Shown here one piece after another: positions 20,916 through 31,400 of a stretch of 64,000 nt of DNA. Location of the stretch: IMG/VR virus record IMGVR_UViG_3300018405_000011; one strand, 5' to 3'. The notes under the pieces are model-generated. The model was given only the letters and a program-made list of their open reading frames with translations, did no database searches and was not told where the DNA came from. The stretch is from a virus (Duplodnaviria > Caudoviricetes). The position numbers were made by a program, and so were the translations under genes. The stretch's first letter is position 1. Each line of letters starts with the position of its first letter.

Positions 20916-21278
20916 ATGGAACTGAGCACCTGCCACGTGGCAAAGCACCGTAAGGTGGATAAAGAAACCACTGTCTTTATAGACACCACGGTAAAAAGCG
21001 GCGTTCAGTTCTTAGCCCCTAGCTGGGAGATGGTCATGGGGCATAAAGCTGGCACGTTAAGTAATGAAGCCTATACCGACCTTTTTCTGAAAAGGATGGA
21101 GCGCTCATTAAAACGGTTTCCTTACGAATGGGGCGTACTATTAAGTCACCCTTCGGTATGCTTAGCGTGCTATTGTCCCAGTGGCTGTTTTTGTCATCGT
21201 TTATTACTGGTGTCTTTTATTAAATCTCTTTGTCTAGAACGAGGGGAGCCCTTCATATACCGGGGAGAAATCTTATAA
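20916..21278 (+). CDS. DUF488/YeaO-like small protein
   Basis: 'LAPSWEMV...YTDLFLKRM...VCLACYCPSGCFCHRLLL' pattern. Confidence 0.5.
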   Translation: MELSTCHVAKHRKVDKETTVFIDTTVKSGVQFLAPSWEMVMGHKAGTLSNEAYTDLFLKRMERSLKRFPYEWGVLLSHPSVCLACYCPSGCFCHRLLLVSFIKSLCLERGEPFIYRGEIL

Positions 21279-21583
21279 TGGAACGGAATTTATTTGCTGT
21301 TACACATGGCTTATTGTTAAGTCGCTGTGACGGAGAACACGCTACGTGCTTTGAAGCCGTAGCCCTAAAGCACCAACGTGACTATAAAGACTTTGTAGGC
21401 GCGAAAACCTTTTTGGCAGGATACTGGTCAAATCAACTCTTTGAACACGGCCTATCGGCAGAAGGCTCTTTAGCCTACATGCATCTAATGACCTGCCGTA
21501 ATGGGGTAGAATACGAACGACAATTAACAGAGTACGTATTACCCATTCTTAATGAACGCAATCTTTCCATCTCCTCGCCTTAA
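21278..21583 (+). CDS. hypothetical protein
   Basis: Probable start at the TAATG overlap at 21278 with GGGGAG RBS; the track gives 21230. Confidence 0.55.
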   Translation: MERNLFAVTHGLLLSRCDGEHATCFEAVALKHQRDYKDFVGAKTFLAGYWSNQLFEHGLSAEGSLAYMHLMTCRNGVEYERQLTEYVLPILNERNLSISSP

Positions 21584-21614
21584 TGACGGGGAGATTCACT
21601 AAAGGAAATCTCCT

Positions 21615-22280
21615 ATGTCTAGACGTACTGTTTTTGAAACCGAATGGTTTCAGTTTCTCAAAGCCCTAGGGGCTGACCCCCGCAATACTGAGTTATATAA
21701 GCTGACCTTTACCCGCATGAGCGATGATGAGTTTACAAACATGGTTCGCCTCATAGCTTCCGGTGAGTTAGTACTCCCTGTGCTGTCCTTTAACATGGAA
21801 GGGAAAAAGCTTAATGTAGAGCAGGTAATGAAGGTAGGGGAGAGCATCGGAATTCAATGGTTTAACCGCTTAGAGCTTACTGATGCGATTACCCGCGAGA
21901 GCAATCTGACTCCTGTGACATATTTGGTCTTAGAACTTCAAGTTCGTCGTCAAATCCAACACCTGGTTAAGAAGCGTTCTACAGCAGACTCTAACCGCGT
22001 GGTCGATGTACTGAGTGGTCAGGTAACCGGTGACTCTAAAGCCGCAGGGATTTCATTACCTGAACTAACAGCGCTAAACGCTAAAGGTAACACGAACGGG
22101 ATTGTAGAACTGATTAAGGTCCGTGGCGGTGATAAAGAAGCGCACCGGATGATGCTTGACCAGCTTCGTGATACCGGCAGTTACTCCCTCGAACCGATAC
22201 TGCAAGCAGGAACCCGTCCTAAAGTACTCACTACGACCAACAGTTTACTGCACGGGATGATGATTGAATCTAACTTATAA
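21615..22280 (+). CDS. conserved phiKZ-like hypothetical/virion protein
   Basis: 221-aa ORF with AAGGA RBS; 'RRQIQHLVKKRS...DVLSGQVTGDSK' resembles a conserved jumbo-phage protein (recalled, not searched). Confidence 0.5.
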   Translation: MSRRTVFETEWFQFLKALGADPRNTELYKLTFTRMSDDEFTNMVRLIASGELVLPVLSFNMEGKKLNVEQVMKVGESIGIQWFNRLELTDAITRESNLTPVTYLVLELQVRRQIQHLVKKRSTADSNRVVDVLSGQVTGDSKAAGISLPELTALNAKGNTNGIVELIKVRGGDKEAHRMMLDQLRDTGSYSLEPILQAGTRPKVLTTTNSLLHGMMIESNL

Positions 22281-22285
22281 AAGGC

Positions 22286-22705
22286 ATGACGATGTTTGAC
22301 CCAAAAGAGAAAAAGGTAAAAGTAGAGCGGCAGTACTTAGACATACTGCCTAAGTTCCGCGACATCATTATTGGCGATATGAAAGCTTGTCTTAATGACC
22401 AAACCGCCCCTTTCTTCAAGAAATTACAGGGACTGGAATATGACCTCTTAAAAGACAATAAAGAAAACGTAAAGCGAGCAGAGTGTTTACGGACTATTGC
22501 ATATTACGAGCTAGGCGGAAGAATGGAGCGAGTAGTCGATAAGGCTTTAGCCATGACGGTACAAGACGCACGTGAACTGGACACCCTACTTAAAGGTCTT
22601 ACTACGTCATTAAGACTGACGGAACGGGAACAGGAAGCCGTTATTAAACTCTTTAAGTCTAACCCATCGCTACTGTACTGCCGCATCATCGAGCTCACGA
22701 GGTAG
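22286..22705 (+). CDS. hypothetical protein
   Basis: 139-aa ORF in a tight operon. Confidence 0.55.
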   Translation: MTMFDPKEKKVKVERQYLDILPKFRDIIIGDMKACLNDQTAPFFKKLQGLEYDLLKDNKENVKRAECLRTIAYYELGGRMERVVDKALAMTVQDARELDTLLKGLTTSLRLTEREQEAVIKLFKSNPSLLYCRIIELTR

Positions 22706-22708
22706 TTT

Positions 22709-23410
22709 ATGTTTAGTCAAGTATCTTCACAAGGCGATGTCTTTGTAGAACTGGATTGTTTACTGGACACCCGTATAGCTCTGATACAGGGTATATGGCC
22801 GAAGTGGGCAGAACAGCTCGCCAGTTCTGCAAAATACTTTCGGCGCATAGACGATAATTTCGCTAAGCATTGGCCAGACTTTCCACAGGTAGACTTTAAC
22901 GATACCTATAGGGCCCGTACCTATGCGCATATCCGCGGGCGGGCAGCATGGACTCCCGTAGCAAAGCGTATCCAAACTTTTAGTCGACTTATTAAAGCTA
23001 AGACGGTAACTCTGTCAAACGACGCCCCTCTAACGTTAACGGTGAACCTTTATCCGTACCGGGTTCCTATGGAAGATAAAGACGTGCTAGAGGAAGTCCT
23101 ACTCGACATGTTCGCGTTTGATTGTATACGGTTTGTTAACATGTCTCCCGACATGGTCACCCCGCTGTATTTAGATAAAAACTTTAAAGAGTTTGTTATC
23201 TATAACTTTGATGAATGGATTTGCTTACATTCCGAGGCATTAGGGAAACACCCTTTACCTCATGTAACAGCGACACATCCACTCATAGTTATCAAAGACC
23301 ACGGCATCCCTATCTCTAAAGTCGTCGAGCAAGCCATTGAAACGTTACGACCGGTCATTAACCTACAGCCTTTGCCTTTAGATAACTTCAGTTTTAAAGC
23401 AGAAGCATAG
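22709..23410 (+). CDS. hypothetical protein, possibly degenerate HAD fold
   Basis: N-terminal 'VFVELDCLLDT' resembles HAD motif I with D replaced by E. Confidence 0.4.
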   Translation: MFSQVSSQGDVFVELDCLLDTRIALIQGIWPKWAEQLASSAKYFRRIDDNFAKHWPDFPQVDFNDTYRARTYAHIRGRAAWTPVAKRIQTFSRLIKAKTVTLSNDAPLTLTVNLYPYRVPMEDKDVLEEVLLDMFAFDCIRFVNMSPDMVTPLYLDKNFKEFVIYNFDEWICLHSEALGKHPLPHVTATHPLIVIKDHGIPISKVVEQAIETLRPVINLQPLPLDNFSFKAEA

Positions 23411-23412
23411 TG

Positions 23413-23445
23413 TATGTACCTACCCCGAGATGGAGTAGGTACATA
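23413..23445. terminator. hairpin between convergent genes
   Basis: TATGTACCTAC ... GTAGGTACATA, 11-bp stem. Confidence 0.55.
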
Positions 23446-23451
23446 TCACCA

Positions 23452-23886
23452 TTAGTCATCTTTAATGATTTCGCTATATTCAGGACTGCCCAGCTCCTGT
23501 GATAGAGACCATGACTCTACCGGCTTATCACCTAAAGCATCCAGTGCTAAGGTAGGAGCTTTTACAGCATCCAGTACTTGTCCAGCAACGCGATGAGGGT
23601 CAGTAGCAGTTCGGAAAAGTTCCGATACGGCTTTAGACATTTCGGTAAAGGACTGGGAATTGTCTTTATCGACTTCGAGACGTAAAATACCTAAGTCAGT
23701 CTGAGACATGTCTTTTAGTAGTTTGGCGGCTTCTTTATCGATATAGCCTTGGGTGCGTAATAAATGGGCACGAACCTGTTGGACTTGGGCTAACCGCTTA
23801 GAGGGGTCTTCCTCTAAATAGTCAAGGAAGGAATAGGAATCTACCCCTTCAGTGACAGGAACTGCGTCGTCTGCTACTTCACTCAT
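23452..23886 (-). CDS. hypothetical acidic protein
   Basis: 144-aa ORF with AGGTG RBS. Confidence 0.55.
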   Translation of the reverse strand: MSEVADDAVPVTEGVDSYSFLDYLEEDPSKRLAQVQQVRAHLLRTQGYIDKEAAKLLKDMSQTDLGILRLEVDKDNSQSFTEMSKAVSELFRTATDPHRVAGQVLDAVKAPTLALDALGDKPVESWSLSQELGSPEYSEIIKDD

Positions 23887-23916
23887 GATGTCACCTGTAA
23901 TTAATCGAGATTTATT

Positions 23917-23937
23917 AAAACCTATATTACCTTAATG
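23917..23937 (+). promoter_or_regulatory. putative early (virion-RNAP) promoter
   Basis: AAAACCTATATTACCTTAATG contains the phiKZ early core TATATTAC; one of four related intergenic copies. Confidence 0.65.
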
Positions 23938-23990
23938 TATTACCCACGCTAGGCGTGGTCTACGTTTCTATAGAATTTAGGAGATTTATA

Positions 23991-24482
23991 ATGAAGAATC
24001 CCTTTAAGCGCTTAAAGGTTCGGTTCTTTCAAAAGGTATGTCTGTGGGAATTATCTCAATATAACACCCTGCCCCGCATAGACTTTCCTAGTACGGAATG
24101 TATAGCGGAGATTGTGCAAAGACTGCAGTATTTTAAAGAACTCCATGTGGACGAGATGTGTCTGTTTCATCAACCCATCAGCGTTTACCATACCTCCTTA
24201 TCCCATCTTACCCAAGAAGTAAAAGACGCCCAGTCATGTTTAAACAATGTGGGTGCCTATAAAGGGAGTGCCCAACCCCTTACTAAAACAGAAATAGGGA
24301 AATGGGCAAAAGGAGAGCATGGTAAATCCATTCTTGAACTCACGCAAGAATTAATGAAAGAACTAGCTACTCTTTCTGAGATTTTAGCGAGACATCAAGA
24401 AACCTACAGTAACGGGGATAAGCGTTACTTTTACCGTATCGCTCATGATACACTCGCGTGGCTTTCGGCCATATATAAATAA
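23991..24482 (+). CDS. hypothetical protein (putative early)
   Basis: Start MKNPF at 23991 with AGGAG RBS; the track extends it to 23955. Confidence 0.6.
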   Translation: MKNPFKRLKVRFFQKVCLWELSQYNTLPRIDFPSTECIAEIVQRLQYFKELHVDEMCLFHQPISVYHTSLSHLTQEVKDAQSCLNNVGAYKGSAQPLTKTEIGKWAKGEHGKSILELTQELMKELATLSEILARHQETYSNGDKRYFYRIAHDTLAWLSAIYK

Positions 24483-24494
24483 AAGAGGTGCTGT

Positions 24495-25157
24495 ATGTCG
24501 GACGAGAAAAGTCAGCTACACAGGCTAATGGAGCAAGACGTTGCCCTTATTAGTAATGCGAACTGTGTACTTGCTCGACTTTGGCGATTGACACTATACA
24601 ACCTTGAAGTCCGGGCTCCCATATGGGAAGCACTTTTAGATAATTACGTTCTTACCTGTCAGTCGCAGATAGGGGAGAAAAAAGCCAACAATCTAAAAGG
24701 GAATTTACCGAAAGGTTTAGCAGGTAATGAAGTGACATGGCAGAGGTTCTGTGAAGGACTGAGTGTCTTTAACTTCGATGACGTCATATTTACTATCTAT
24801 ACGGTAGAGAATGGAGTAGAAGTCGAGTCTTCTATTCATATACCGGTGATTGTTACTGAAGTCCCAGGCACCCTACTCCGGGTTCTATGGGACATGATTA
24901 ACAAAGCCTACCCAGAAAAAGCAGGTAAGCAATGGGGAACGCTGATAGACAGATATGCCGAGCAGTGTAAAGAAAGAGACGGTCAAGTGCCTACCTTTTT
25001 AAAGGGTAACTTAAAACGGGCGTTGAGCGAAGATACGCTAATGTGGAACATGTTCTATCGAGGACTGGCCATCTATGCGTTTGAAAAGATTAAGATAGAA
25101 CTGAAGGTGAAGCCAAAACGCCGACCTTATGAAGTCATTCGTCTTAACTTATCATAA
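24495..25157 (+). CDS. hypothetical protein with internal two-domain repeat
   Basis: Two copies of 'W..L.D.Y...C...LKGNL...L...W..F..GL...F'. Confidence 0.6.
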   Translation: MSDEKSQLHRLMEQDVALISNANCVLARLWRLTLYNLEVRAPIWEALLDNYVLTCQSQIGEKKANNLKGNLPKGLAGNEVTWQRFCEGLSVFNFDDVIFTIYTVENGVEVESSIHIPVIVTEVPGTLLRVLWDMINKAYPEKAGKQWGTLIDRYAEQCKERDGQVPTFLKGNLKRALSEDTLMWNMFYRGLAIYAFEKIKIELKVKPKRRPYEVIRLNLS

Positions 25158-25158
25158 A

Positions 25159-25188
25159 AGAGTAGGGAGCCTTAGGGTTCCCTACTCT
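25159..25188 (+). terminator. terminator hairpin
   Basis: AGAGTAGGGAGCC-TTAG-GGTTCCCTACTCT with a T tract downstream. Confidence 0.55.
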
Positions 25189-25246
25189 ACACATCTACCC
25201 TCTTTCTTTTTTTGTTAAAATCCTATAGAACTAAGAGGATTTAATC

Positions 25247-26293
25247 ATGAGTGCAATATCTAAATTAAAGAACACGTCTTTTGGCAGTGTCCCTAAACAA
25301 GGACTAGAAGTCATCGATGTGTATGAGCAAGGTAGGCTAGATGCCTTCTTAGCCAATCCCGATACCGCAGAAGGAACAAAATTAGTCGGGGAGCTTTATC
25401 CTGACCTACCGGCAGACAAAGTCTTAAAGGCACTTAATGACCCACGCACCGCTGAGTACTTAGATAAAGCCGGGGTGACGCTAAAAGGCGCCCTAGGGGC
25501 AATCGACCGTAATTTACCCGACGGGATGGATGTTGGGGAACTGATGGGGGATTTTGATGTTCCTTTCTTATCGGAGTGGGGGAGCCAATTAAAGGCAGCA
25601 ATGCCTTCGGATATGTTTAATGGGTCAAACCTCGATGACTTTAAGGAACTGTTTGGTTCCATTAAAAAGTATAACCTTGAAGGCTATGGGGCACAAGCAA
25701 AGCAGCTATGGGCACTATGGGGAAAATCCTCTGGCGTTTTAGGACGAGAGATTTCTTCTACTAACCCATCCGTACTGGCTGCGATTAAAACCCTAACTGC
25801 TAAGAAACTAATTTTATCAGGAGAAAGTGATAAGGTATTAGACTGGATAGAGGCAGATGAGAACATCCCAGATGACATTAAAAAGCAGATATATGCCGAC
25901 TTATTAGACGCGGCCGCGTCAGTCGGAAACACAGACCTTATAGAAGAGCTGTTAAATCGAGCTGGGAGCGCTGCTACACCCGCTAAACGCCAAGCCACGA
26001 TAAAGAGTATGCTTTTTGGTTATCGTTTACCAGGGACGTTTACAGAGGCTTCTCTGGCAACTGAAGCAGACGGGTTAATTACTCGATGTAATATCCTCGA
26101 TGCGAATTGGGCAAAGACAGAAAGACATGGGGTCACTGTAGACTCCTTAAAGAACTTTACTTATGCCTCACAACATGCACTGACCGTACTGGCTAAAGAC
26201 CTAAGAACGTCAGAACTTGCTCAAGCCTACATTATGTTTAACCCGTACAAAGAAAAAGAAGTCAGTCTGTCTAATCGCTTTATTTATAATTAA
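25247..26293 (+). CDS. putative virion structural protein
   Basis: 348-aa ORF with GAGG RBS, next to the tail-initiation cluster. Confidence 0.45.
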   Translation: MSAISKLKNTSFGSVPKQGLEVIDVYEQGRLDAFLANPDTAEGTKLVGELYPDLPADKVLKALNDPRTAEYLDKAGVTLKGALGAIDRNLPDGMDVGELMGDFDVPFLSEWGSQLKAAMPSDMFNGSNLDDFKELFGSIKKYNLEGYGAQAKQLWALWGKSSGVLGREISSTNPSVLAAIKTLTAKKLILSGESDKVLDWIEADENIPDDIKKQIYADLLDAAASVGNTDLIEELLNRAGSAATPAKRQATIKSMLFGYRLPGTFTEASLATEADGLITRCNILDANWAKTERHGVTVDSLKNFTYASQHALTVLAKDLRTSELAQAYIMFNPYKEKEVSLSNRFIYN

Positions 26294-26304
26294 GAAAAAA
26301 GAAC

Positions 26305-26340
26305 CTATCTCTCTTACGGCCTTTACCGTAAGAGAGATAG
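26305..26340. terminator. bidirectional terminator
   Basis: 15-bp stem CTATCTCTCTTACGG / CCGTAAGAGAGATAG. Confidence 0.7.
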
Positions 26341-26421
26341 AGTTACTGTATTACTGTCCGCGAAGAGAATGACTAGACCCCATCGGTACGGTTTAGTCGT
26401 TTGGCATCTCAGCACTAATGG

Positions 26422-28416
26422 CTACAAACCTCGAAGTGAGGGGCTTGAGGCCATCAGCCCTGATACAATCTGCCCTGGAAGGGTATTTGCCGTCCACATC
26501 GCATATTGAGACGGTGAGGTAAAATTGTCCCAGTTCGCTGCCGTTTTTGCCCATGCCAACTCTAAACGAGGCATCATGTAAAACTGACTATATAAGTCAA
26601 GTCCACTAATCGTAGAAAGGTAATCGGATAAAGCGGTATCCTCATCGAAGAATGAGAAGGAAGTCACTGTATCCAACAAGCTGTCACTGATAGGGACATG
26701 CATGATGTTGTTTAGATTCTTCACCGTAAAGGTAATGTCTACTGCCGTAGGTAATCCATCCACTGAAAAGCCGATATTAGAGGTTCCGCGTTCAATAGAG
26801 ATACTATCGATAATACCGAGTTTAATATCGTTCCTGCCCTGTGAATGTAAACTGCATAGGAAAGGTGGACCGTAGGATGACTTACCTGTGGAACGAGGTA
26901 AAGCCCCCGCGAGCAAACACATCATCGGAATAATGATTTTTGTAAAGATAGACATCTTATTGCCATAGGGCGTAGACAAGCGGATGGTGTACGATTCGCT
27001 CGGTAAGTCGGCCGTTGCATTATCCCATACTTCTGGGATGTCTACAAAGCCAGCCCCGCCTAGTGAAGCAAGACCACCAAACCCTATCTTTTCAGCTACC
27101 CCAGCTAAAAGACCTTTTACTGCTCCAATCGCCATCTCGGCCGCGCCACCTATTAATCCATCACCTACGTTACCGCCGGCAAAGTTAACAAAGGTATCGC
27201 GCATAGAGGAAGCGGCAGAGTTAATCTGCTCAGCTAAACCAGACTCTTTCGTCGAGTTACTAAAACTTTCTCCTATAGACCCGTTATAGTCGACTTCAAA
27301 AGTTACAAAGGCAGAACCCTCACGTAGTTCTGACATAAGCAGTTCTTTTAGGCCTGGCTCTTCAGTACGAATAGCTTCATCGGTTAACTGTTCCTTTTGC
27401 TCACCATCTACGACTGGGGTCACCGAGTTATTCTTTTTCTCCGTACCCAATGGAGAGGCCTGATAAGCATTAAGATATGTATTTAAATCGCCATAGCTAG
27501 TCGTCTTTGCTGATAAGCTGTTACTGCGTAGCCTTTCTTGTACGGCGGCTGCATAGCCTTCGGCATCTAGACTTTCATCACGTGCAATTTCATCCAGGAC
27601 ATTGTGATACTGGTTCTGTAAGCGCTGTGCTCTTGATGCCATCGACTTAACGTCGATAACCGAAGCACTATCGGACTTAAACACGTCGGGCAGAATGGCA
27701 TTCAGAGTTTTAATCTCACTCGGAGATAAGCCTGTCTCTGGCTGCGTTTTTCCGTCGATTTCGACTAAGTCGTTAGCTTGATAACCGTGCACTAAACCCA
27801 TGTTAACCGCAACTTGGTTCACCAATGTATTCACTGCCGTCCAGTAAAGTGGCATGGTAGGGTTCATATAGTAATATTTACTATAAGGCCTTCCCGTTAA
27901 CACTGAGTCAATTCTCGTAAAAAGGTAACTGACCCCAAAATAGACTTGCAGTGGTAGCGTATAGATAGTGGCTAATACCTTTCCGAGAGTATAGGTAGAA
28001 AACAGTCCGTCTCTTACCTCACCAGTATTAACAAGCTGAGCGAGACTTCTATCGAAGTACCCTGATAGAAATCGACTTAGCGGGTTATAGGCCGGTACAC
28101 CAAACCTTAATGAAATCCGCGTTGCGGCGTCATCGAAAGCTTCCGAGTAGTAGTGCCCCATGCCTTTGGAGCCTACAGCAAGTGACGGAGCACGTGGGTC
28201 GGCATGTCTGGTAAATTGAGACTTAGGGTTAATGGATTTATTACCACCAGGGGTGGTATCGTAATACTTCATTTCTGCCGTAGTAAAGGCTTTGGTTATC
28301 TGTTGTCCAGCGCCACCAAACCGTTTAGGAGAGAAGAACGCCTGACGTATCCAATACTTGTCCTTTAACTCGTCGGCGGCTTTAATAATCGCCATGTAAA
28401 ACTCCTTGATTAACAA
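26422..28416 (-). CDS. virion tail/baseplate protein (phiKZ gp182-like position)
   Basis: 664-aa ORF directly downstream of the tape-measure-like gene; C-terminal 'GIIDSISIERG...PTAVDITFTV' is tube/hub-like. Confidence 0.55.
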   Translation of the reverse strand: MLIKEFYMAIIKAADELKDKYWIRQAFFSPKRFGGAGQQITKAFTTAEMKYYDTTPGGNKSINPKSQFTRHADPRAPSLAVGSKGMGHYYSEAFDDAATRISLRFGVPAYNPLSRFLSGYFDRSLAQLVNTGEVRDGLFSTYTLGKVLATIYTLPLQVYFGVSYLFTRIDSVLTGRPYSKYYYMNPTMPLYWTAVNTLVNQVAVNMGLVHGYQANDLVEIDGKTQPETGLSPSEIKTLNAILPDVFKSDSASVIDVKSMASRAQRLQNQYHNVLDEIARDESLDAEGYAAAVQERLRSNSLSAKTTSYGDLNTYLNAYQASPLGTEKKNNSVTPVVDGEQKEQLTDEAIRTEEPGLKELLMSELREGSAFVTFEVDYNGSIGESFSNSTKESGLAEQINSAASSMRDTFVNFAGGNVGDGLIGGAAEMAIGAVKGLLAGVAEKIGFGGLASLGGAGFVDIPEVWDNATADLPSESYTIRLSTPYGNKMSIFTKIIIPMMCLLAGALPRSTGKSSYGPPFLCSLHSQGRNDIKLGIIDSISIERGTSNIGFSVDGLPTAVDITFTVKNLNNIMHVPISDSLLDTVTSFSFFDEDTALSDYLSTISGLDLYSQFYMMPRLELAWAKTAANWDNFTSPSQYAMWTANTLPGQIVSGLMASSPSLRGL

Positions 28417-28445
28417 AAAGGACTAGGGGGGCTGTGCCCCCTAGT

Positions 28446-31400
28446 TTAGTCGGTCATCTTAACTACGCCGTTTACACGGTTAGTTGCAGGACGCTTGGTT
28501 GCAGAGGTAGGTTTACTTACACTGCTAAGATATCCAGGCATGTCAACTAAGGCTTGATGAATCGCGTCAAGCTTCTCTAAAGAAGCCGTTTGGTTTGCAA
28601 TCATCACTTCTCGTTGCGCGTATGCCTTCTCTAGTGCACCCATCTGTACATCGAGTGCTTTAGCGGACTCTTTAGCGGTTGCAGTTGCCTGCGCCTGAGC
28701 TCTCTCTTTTTCCATAACTGGATTAGGGGTCGCATTGGTTGATGGAGCCGTATCTAAAGGCTTATTGTCTTCAACCGATTTTGGAATCAATGTCGAACGA
28801 AGTGTATCTTGGCCTTCTAGTGTGGTATCAGAAGACTCTTTCTCCGCCGCTATCTCATCCTTAACAATGGCTTTCTCTTCCTTCGCTAAATCGGATTTGA
28901 CATTCCCGCCTACTAGTGTCAATGGGTCGATGGTATCTGCCCACTGTGCTGAAGTCACACGGACTTCCCAGTGCAAATGGTCTCCAGCAGAAGCGCCCGT
29001 GTTCCCCACATAACCAATGACTTGACCTTGTTTAACTCGGTCACCCATGGCTAAACCTACCGCAAAGTTATCCATGTGAGCATAGCGAGAAGCCATCCCG
29101 TTTTCATGTTTTAGATAAATAACCTTACCATAACTCTTAGAGATGTACAGACGGTATATAATACCATCAGCCGCAGCCACAATCGGCGTACCTTTAGGAG
29201 CAGCAATATCTACGCCATTATGCATTTTACGGGCCCCCGTGATAGGGTGTACGCGCATGCCATAAGGCGAGCTAATTCTGCCCTCACATGGCATAATCAT
29301 CCGTATGCTGCCTCCAGTTGCTTTAGCTGACGCCCCAACAATAGCAGAGTCTAAGCCGCCTTTTGCCGCGAGCTGTCCTGTAGAGGAATAACTGCTTGGC
29401 TTAGGTGCGGTATTTGCGCCATACTGAGTAACCGGACTTTTTGCTTTCATGTAGTCAGTTGCAGGTCTAGTGGTCTCCGATGAGTTTTCACTAGGCGCGG
29501 TGTTAAACTCTCCTTCGTATTTCTCATCACCTTTACCCATGGAGGCGATGTTATGAATCGCAATGCTAATGTCCGATGGCATAACCGGACTACCTTTACC
29601 TGGGTAAGGGGACATGGTGTTGTTCCATGGCAGTTTACCTCCAGTATAGTTAGCAGGTGAGGCTAAAGCCGTAGCAAACTCAGCTTTACGCTCCTTATCT
29701 AAGGCACTGTCGATTTCCAATAAGTCAATCGATTTATCAATCCCTTTAGACAGATTTAAGTTCACCATAAACACCGGGAAGAATCGGCGTGTAAACCACT
29801 CACCCCATCGTTGTAAGTCATAACTGCTTTCCATGTCTACGCCAAATATCTTCGCGTAGCGACTTACTGCGTCGCCTACAGATAGTGCAAACGTAGGACC
29901 ACGTGAAGTAAAGGAAACTTCATCAATCGCGTCAGATTCCATTTCTCGGATTTTAACTACGTCGTCCATGTCTTCGGGGTTAATACCGTACATAAGGAAA
30001 CGTAATCGTTCCAGTTCTTTTGGCTTAGAGCGTTTAGAGAAATAGCTATAGACTTCATACCCAGCATAAGCAAGTCCACCTACCGTAATGGCGGCGGCGA
30101 TAACTGGGGCACCTGCGACACCAGCAATTGCTGCAGCTCCTGTAGTCAGTAATTTCTTACCTCCCCACTTAGCGGCAGCCATAGCAACCGGTGCCGCTCC
30201 GCGTACCAAATTTAATCCCTTACCAACTAAGTTTTTAGCGCCACCCAGTATCTTACTCATGAACCCCTTTTTACCTGGAGTCTTACGGCCTGGTCCATCC
30301 CCTGCCGCACCGGTCAAGTCACCGAGGATATCACTAGCAGCTTCTCCAGTGGCCGATGCCTTATTAAAAGCAAACCAGGTAGCAATGGTAGTCCCAATAC
30401 CTTTTAAGGCTTCCATGAGTCCACCGAAGCCAGAAGTAATACTTCCGATAAGTGGCATTATAAAACTGAGTAAGCCACCCGAGGATTTCTCTTCTTTCTC
30501 TTCGGTGTCTACAGCAGCAGTTGGCTCAGCAGCACTGTCTTCACTACGTGAAAGAATATCTTGCCATGAGTTATCCCGTATGCCATCGTCATCTCTATCA
30601 GCATCGAGGTTCATGTCTGAGTAAACACTTTCTCCCTCTAATGGCCAACGGCGACGCATATGGTCATAGATTTTAGTGATAACGTCTGAGCCGCCGCCTT
30701 CGCCATAACCCATTTTGTTAATGGTAATACCGCCCATTACCATGTCTTTAATGCCAGACATGAAATCGTAGGTTCCAGAAACAATACGGTTACCTTGGTC
30801 AATAGAGAACGCTGCAAGACGAGACGCTAAGTCCATCCCTGTAGTAGTGATGTTTTTAGCTAGTTGAACTAAACGGTTACCGCCAATTGGCGTACCGATA
30901 TTATCAACCAATCCTGTCACTAAGTCATCATTGCTGATAATCACGTTACCTGCTGCATCCAGTACTTCACCGTCGATATCTTCGGCTTTATATATCGGCT
31001 TACCAGTCACGGCAGAAAAGTAACTCCCGTTCTTTAATAATAGCGCCTGTAGACGCGGGCGGGTTTCTCCACGTACGTAGATATCCCTTACGCGTTTAGT
31101 GATGGCGTCGTATCCGGCTTTTGGTAATGACATTAGCTTAGAGACCAGCATGTTTTGAAAACCGATGGTATTTAGCAGTTTGTCTTTAACAAAACCTAAC
31201 CCTTTATTAAAGAGTTCAGTAATGTTTTCACCTGTGGCTAGATAGATTCCGTCATCAACATCACTTTGAGTAATGACCACGTTTCCATTTGCGTCAACGA
31301 TTTCACCGTCGATTTCATCGATTGAAAAGATAGGTTTCCCAGTCTCTTTGTTTCGATAAAAGCCTTTCTTTAAGAGATTGGCACGAATGGCAGGTTCTTT

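Noticed and set aside
30088-30624. 178-aa plus-strand Ala/Pro/Ser-rich ORF
   Set aside because: Antisense to a Gly/Ala-rich part of the tape-measure gene; a codon-symmetry artefact.
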